From the sequence record NC_042122.1: a stretch of DNA of 51,894 nt; one strand, written 5' to 3'. Position numbers and translations under genes: made by a program. The DNA comes from Enterobacter phage Ec_L1. The notes beneath the pieces are model-generated. The model was given only the letters and a program-made list of their open reading frames with translations, was not told where the DNA came from and did no database searches. This document shows, piece after piece, positions 50,826 through 51,894 of the stretch (position 1 is the stretch's first letter; every line of letters begins with the position of its first letter).

Positions 50826-51760
50826 TTTTTGCGGTTGATTAAGACAAGTGGATCGTAAAGCGCTCGCTTGCAACCCGACTTGAATCCTGACTGGTCACTG
50901 TTTGGAATGATAACCTTTAACTCTCGGTCATCTGCCATATAAAGCGTATCTAAGTCATTAGACGGGCAAGCAACCCTCAACTCTCGCTCTCCTGTATACC
51001 TGTAAGCAACGATCTCAAGGTTGCTCGGTTCGATACAAGCCCAGCACTCCTGGCCTGTTGCATTATGAACCCTAACGGCGTCATACCACGAGTTGACCAG
51101 ATAGATCGCCTTATCAGTGCTGCCGACCTTTATCACCGCGCCTCGAGTGTAATCCTTGGCGTAGAACCGATCATTTCCGAGTTCATCTATGATCAGTAGG
51201 TTGCAAAACTCGTCGTCGAGTTCTTCACCCTGAACAAGCTGCATCGGGAGTACGTGAAAAACGCTCTCATCTCCATTCTCAAGGGTTTTCACACCCACAT
51301 CGAATGATTCACCTATAAGACCTTCAAAAATCGTTAGCGGAGTTTGTGCTCGCTTTTCGGTGCGGTCTAATATCGCCTGGCACTTGTCATGCTCCGCCGT
51401 AGCCCCGAATGAATAGCCTGGGTCTTTTGCAGCCCTCTTGTTCTGTTTGATAACGTACTCTTGCGGAACCTTTCCGAGGAATCGACCAAGAATGTTAATG
51501 CACTCGCTGTAAGGCTCTCCGGATAACTTCATCAACCAACCGATCCCCTTATCAGCGCCGCAATTATTGCAGTACGCCCAACCATCACCAACCTTGTTAT
51601 CTTTTTTATTCGTCCAACGAAATCTATCCTTACCTCCGCAGTGAGGGCAATCCTGGTGCTTGCCGTTGAAGTATTTCGAATTCAGGCCGCAAATGCTTTG
51701 CAATGCGTCCTGCCACATGTTGGACATGTACGGGATCACGTCCTCCTCTTGATACATCAT
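50822..51760 (-). CDS. DNA primase (zinc-finger CxxC...CxxC N-terminal domain, P4-alpha/primase-like)
   Basis: DCPHCGGKDRFRW...CNNCG zinc finger. The listed start at 51799 lies inside the promoter -10. Real start is probably ATG 51760, 51757 or 51727; start uncertain. Confidence 0.55.
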   Translation of the reverse strand: MMYQEEDVIPYMSNMWQDALQSICGLNSKYFNGKHQDCPHCGGKDRFRWTNKKDNKVGDGWAYCNNCGADKGIGWLMKLSGEPYSECINILGRFLGKVPQEYVIKQNKRAAKDPGYSFGATAEHDKCQAILDRTEKRAQTPLTIFEGLIGESFDVGVKTLENGDESVFHVLPMQLVQGEELDDEFCNLLIIDELGNDRFYAKDYTRGAVIKVGSTDKAIYLVNSWYDAVRVHNATGQECWACIEPSNLEIVAYRYTGERELRVACPSNDLDTLYMADDRELKVIIPNSDQSGFKSGCKRALYDPLVLINRKN

Positions 51761-51797
51761 CACTTTTATATTCTCCAAAATAGAAACGGGCGCGATC

Positions 51798-51843
51798 ATA
51801 ATAACCGCGCCCGCTTGGGATTGCTTAGCTTTTTGTGCTTATT
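51798..51843 (-). promoter_or_regulatory. degenerate early promoter cassette P20 (minus strand; primase)
   Basis: AATAAGCACAAAAAGCTAAGC, about 19 nt, TTATTAT, enclosed in hairpin GGGCGCG/CGCGCCC. Confidence 0.4.
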
Positions 51844-51894
51844 TCACCACTCTCAACATCTCACGCCGATCGCATCGTGTGGTAAGAGCCTTTC

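Noticed and set aside
1-51894. Prophage/lysogeny module (integrase, repressor-operator switch, att site)
   Set aside because: No tyrosine or serine recombinase or excisionase found in any frame. The gene set (helicase, primase, Erf/exo, lysis cassette, no immunity region) looks like a virulent T1-like phage.

Overview
The window reads as a nearly complete genome of a T1-like (Drexlerviridae-type) siphophage of an enterobacterial host. This assignment is inference from gene content and order; no database search was run. No integrase, tRNA, CRISPR array or transposon was found. Modules in order: (i) 1-7.2 kb, plus-strand early genes: DEAH-box helicase, VRR-NUC nuclease, Dam methyltransferase, an HTH-metallophosphoesterase, a HAD phosphatase and a P-loop kinase; (ii) 7.27-8.37 kb, lysis cassette (pinholin-like holin, SAR-type GH24 endolysin, lipoprotein u-spanin); (iii) 8.4-15.7 kb, a minus-strand array of early and replication genes (DUF3987/P4-alpha-like helicase, C5-methyltransferase-like protein, many small ORFs); (iv) 15.7-16.5 kb, a non-coding divergent control region with GGAGGATT iterons and an AT-rich core; (v) 16.5-24.4 kb, a plus-strand array of about 25 small genes, most carrying their own copy of a conserved promoter cassette; (vi) 24.4-47.96 kb, packaging, head and lambda-like tail genes (TerS, TerL, portal, MuF-like protein, scaffold, major capsid, G/GT -1 frameshift chaperone, tape measure, M/L/K/I/J-like tip proteins, tail fibre with SETNAK heptad repeats and an S74 chaperone C-terminus); (vii) 47.99-51.8 kb, minus-strand SSB, Erf/SSAP-like annealing protein, RecE/RecB-like exonuclease, a second iteron/AT-rich region, and a primase. 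Three observations stand out. (a) About 20 copies of a 20-bp palindromic element (AATAGCAC-N5-TGCTAAAAC, core TAGCA-N5-TGCTA) sit at a fixed 18-19 nt upstream of -35-less, often extended, -10 hexamers, with a covarying hairpin in the spacer and a conserved CAACGAAAC leader. This looks like a phage-wide, factor-dependent early promoter regulon. (b) Two paralogous ori-like regions, about 34 kb apart, each combine about 10 GGAGGATT iterons with an AT-rich core. (c) The accessory small-gene arrays are built as compact, self-promoted cassettes in which the upstream gene's stop codon overlaps the promoter element. The supplied ORF start coordinates were refined wherever a ribosome-binding site or promoter geometry made the longest-ORF start implausible.
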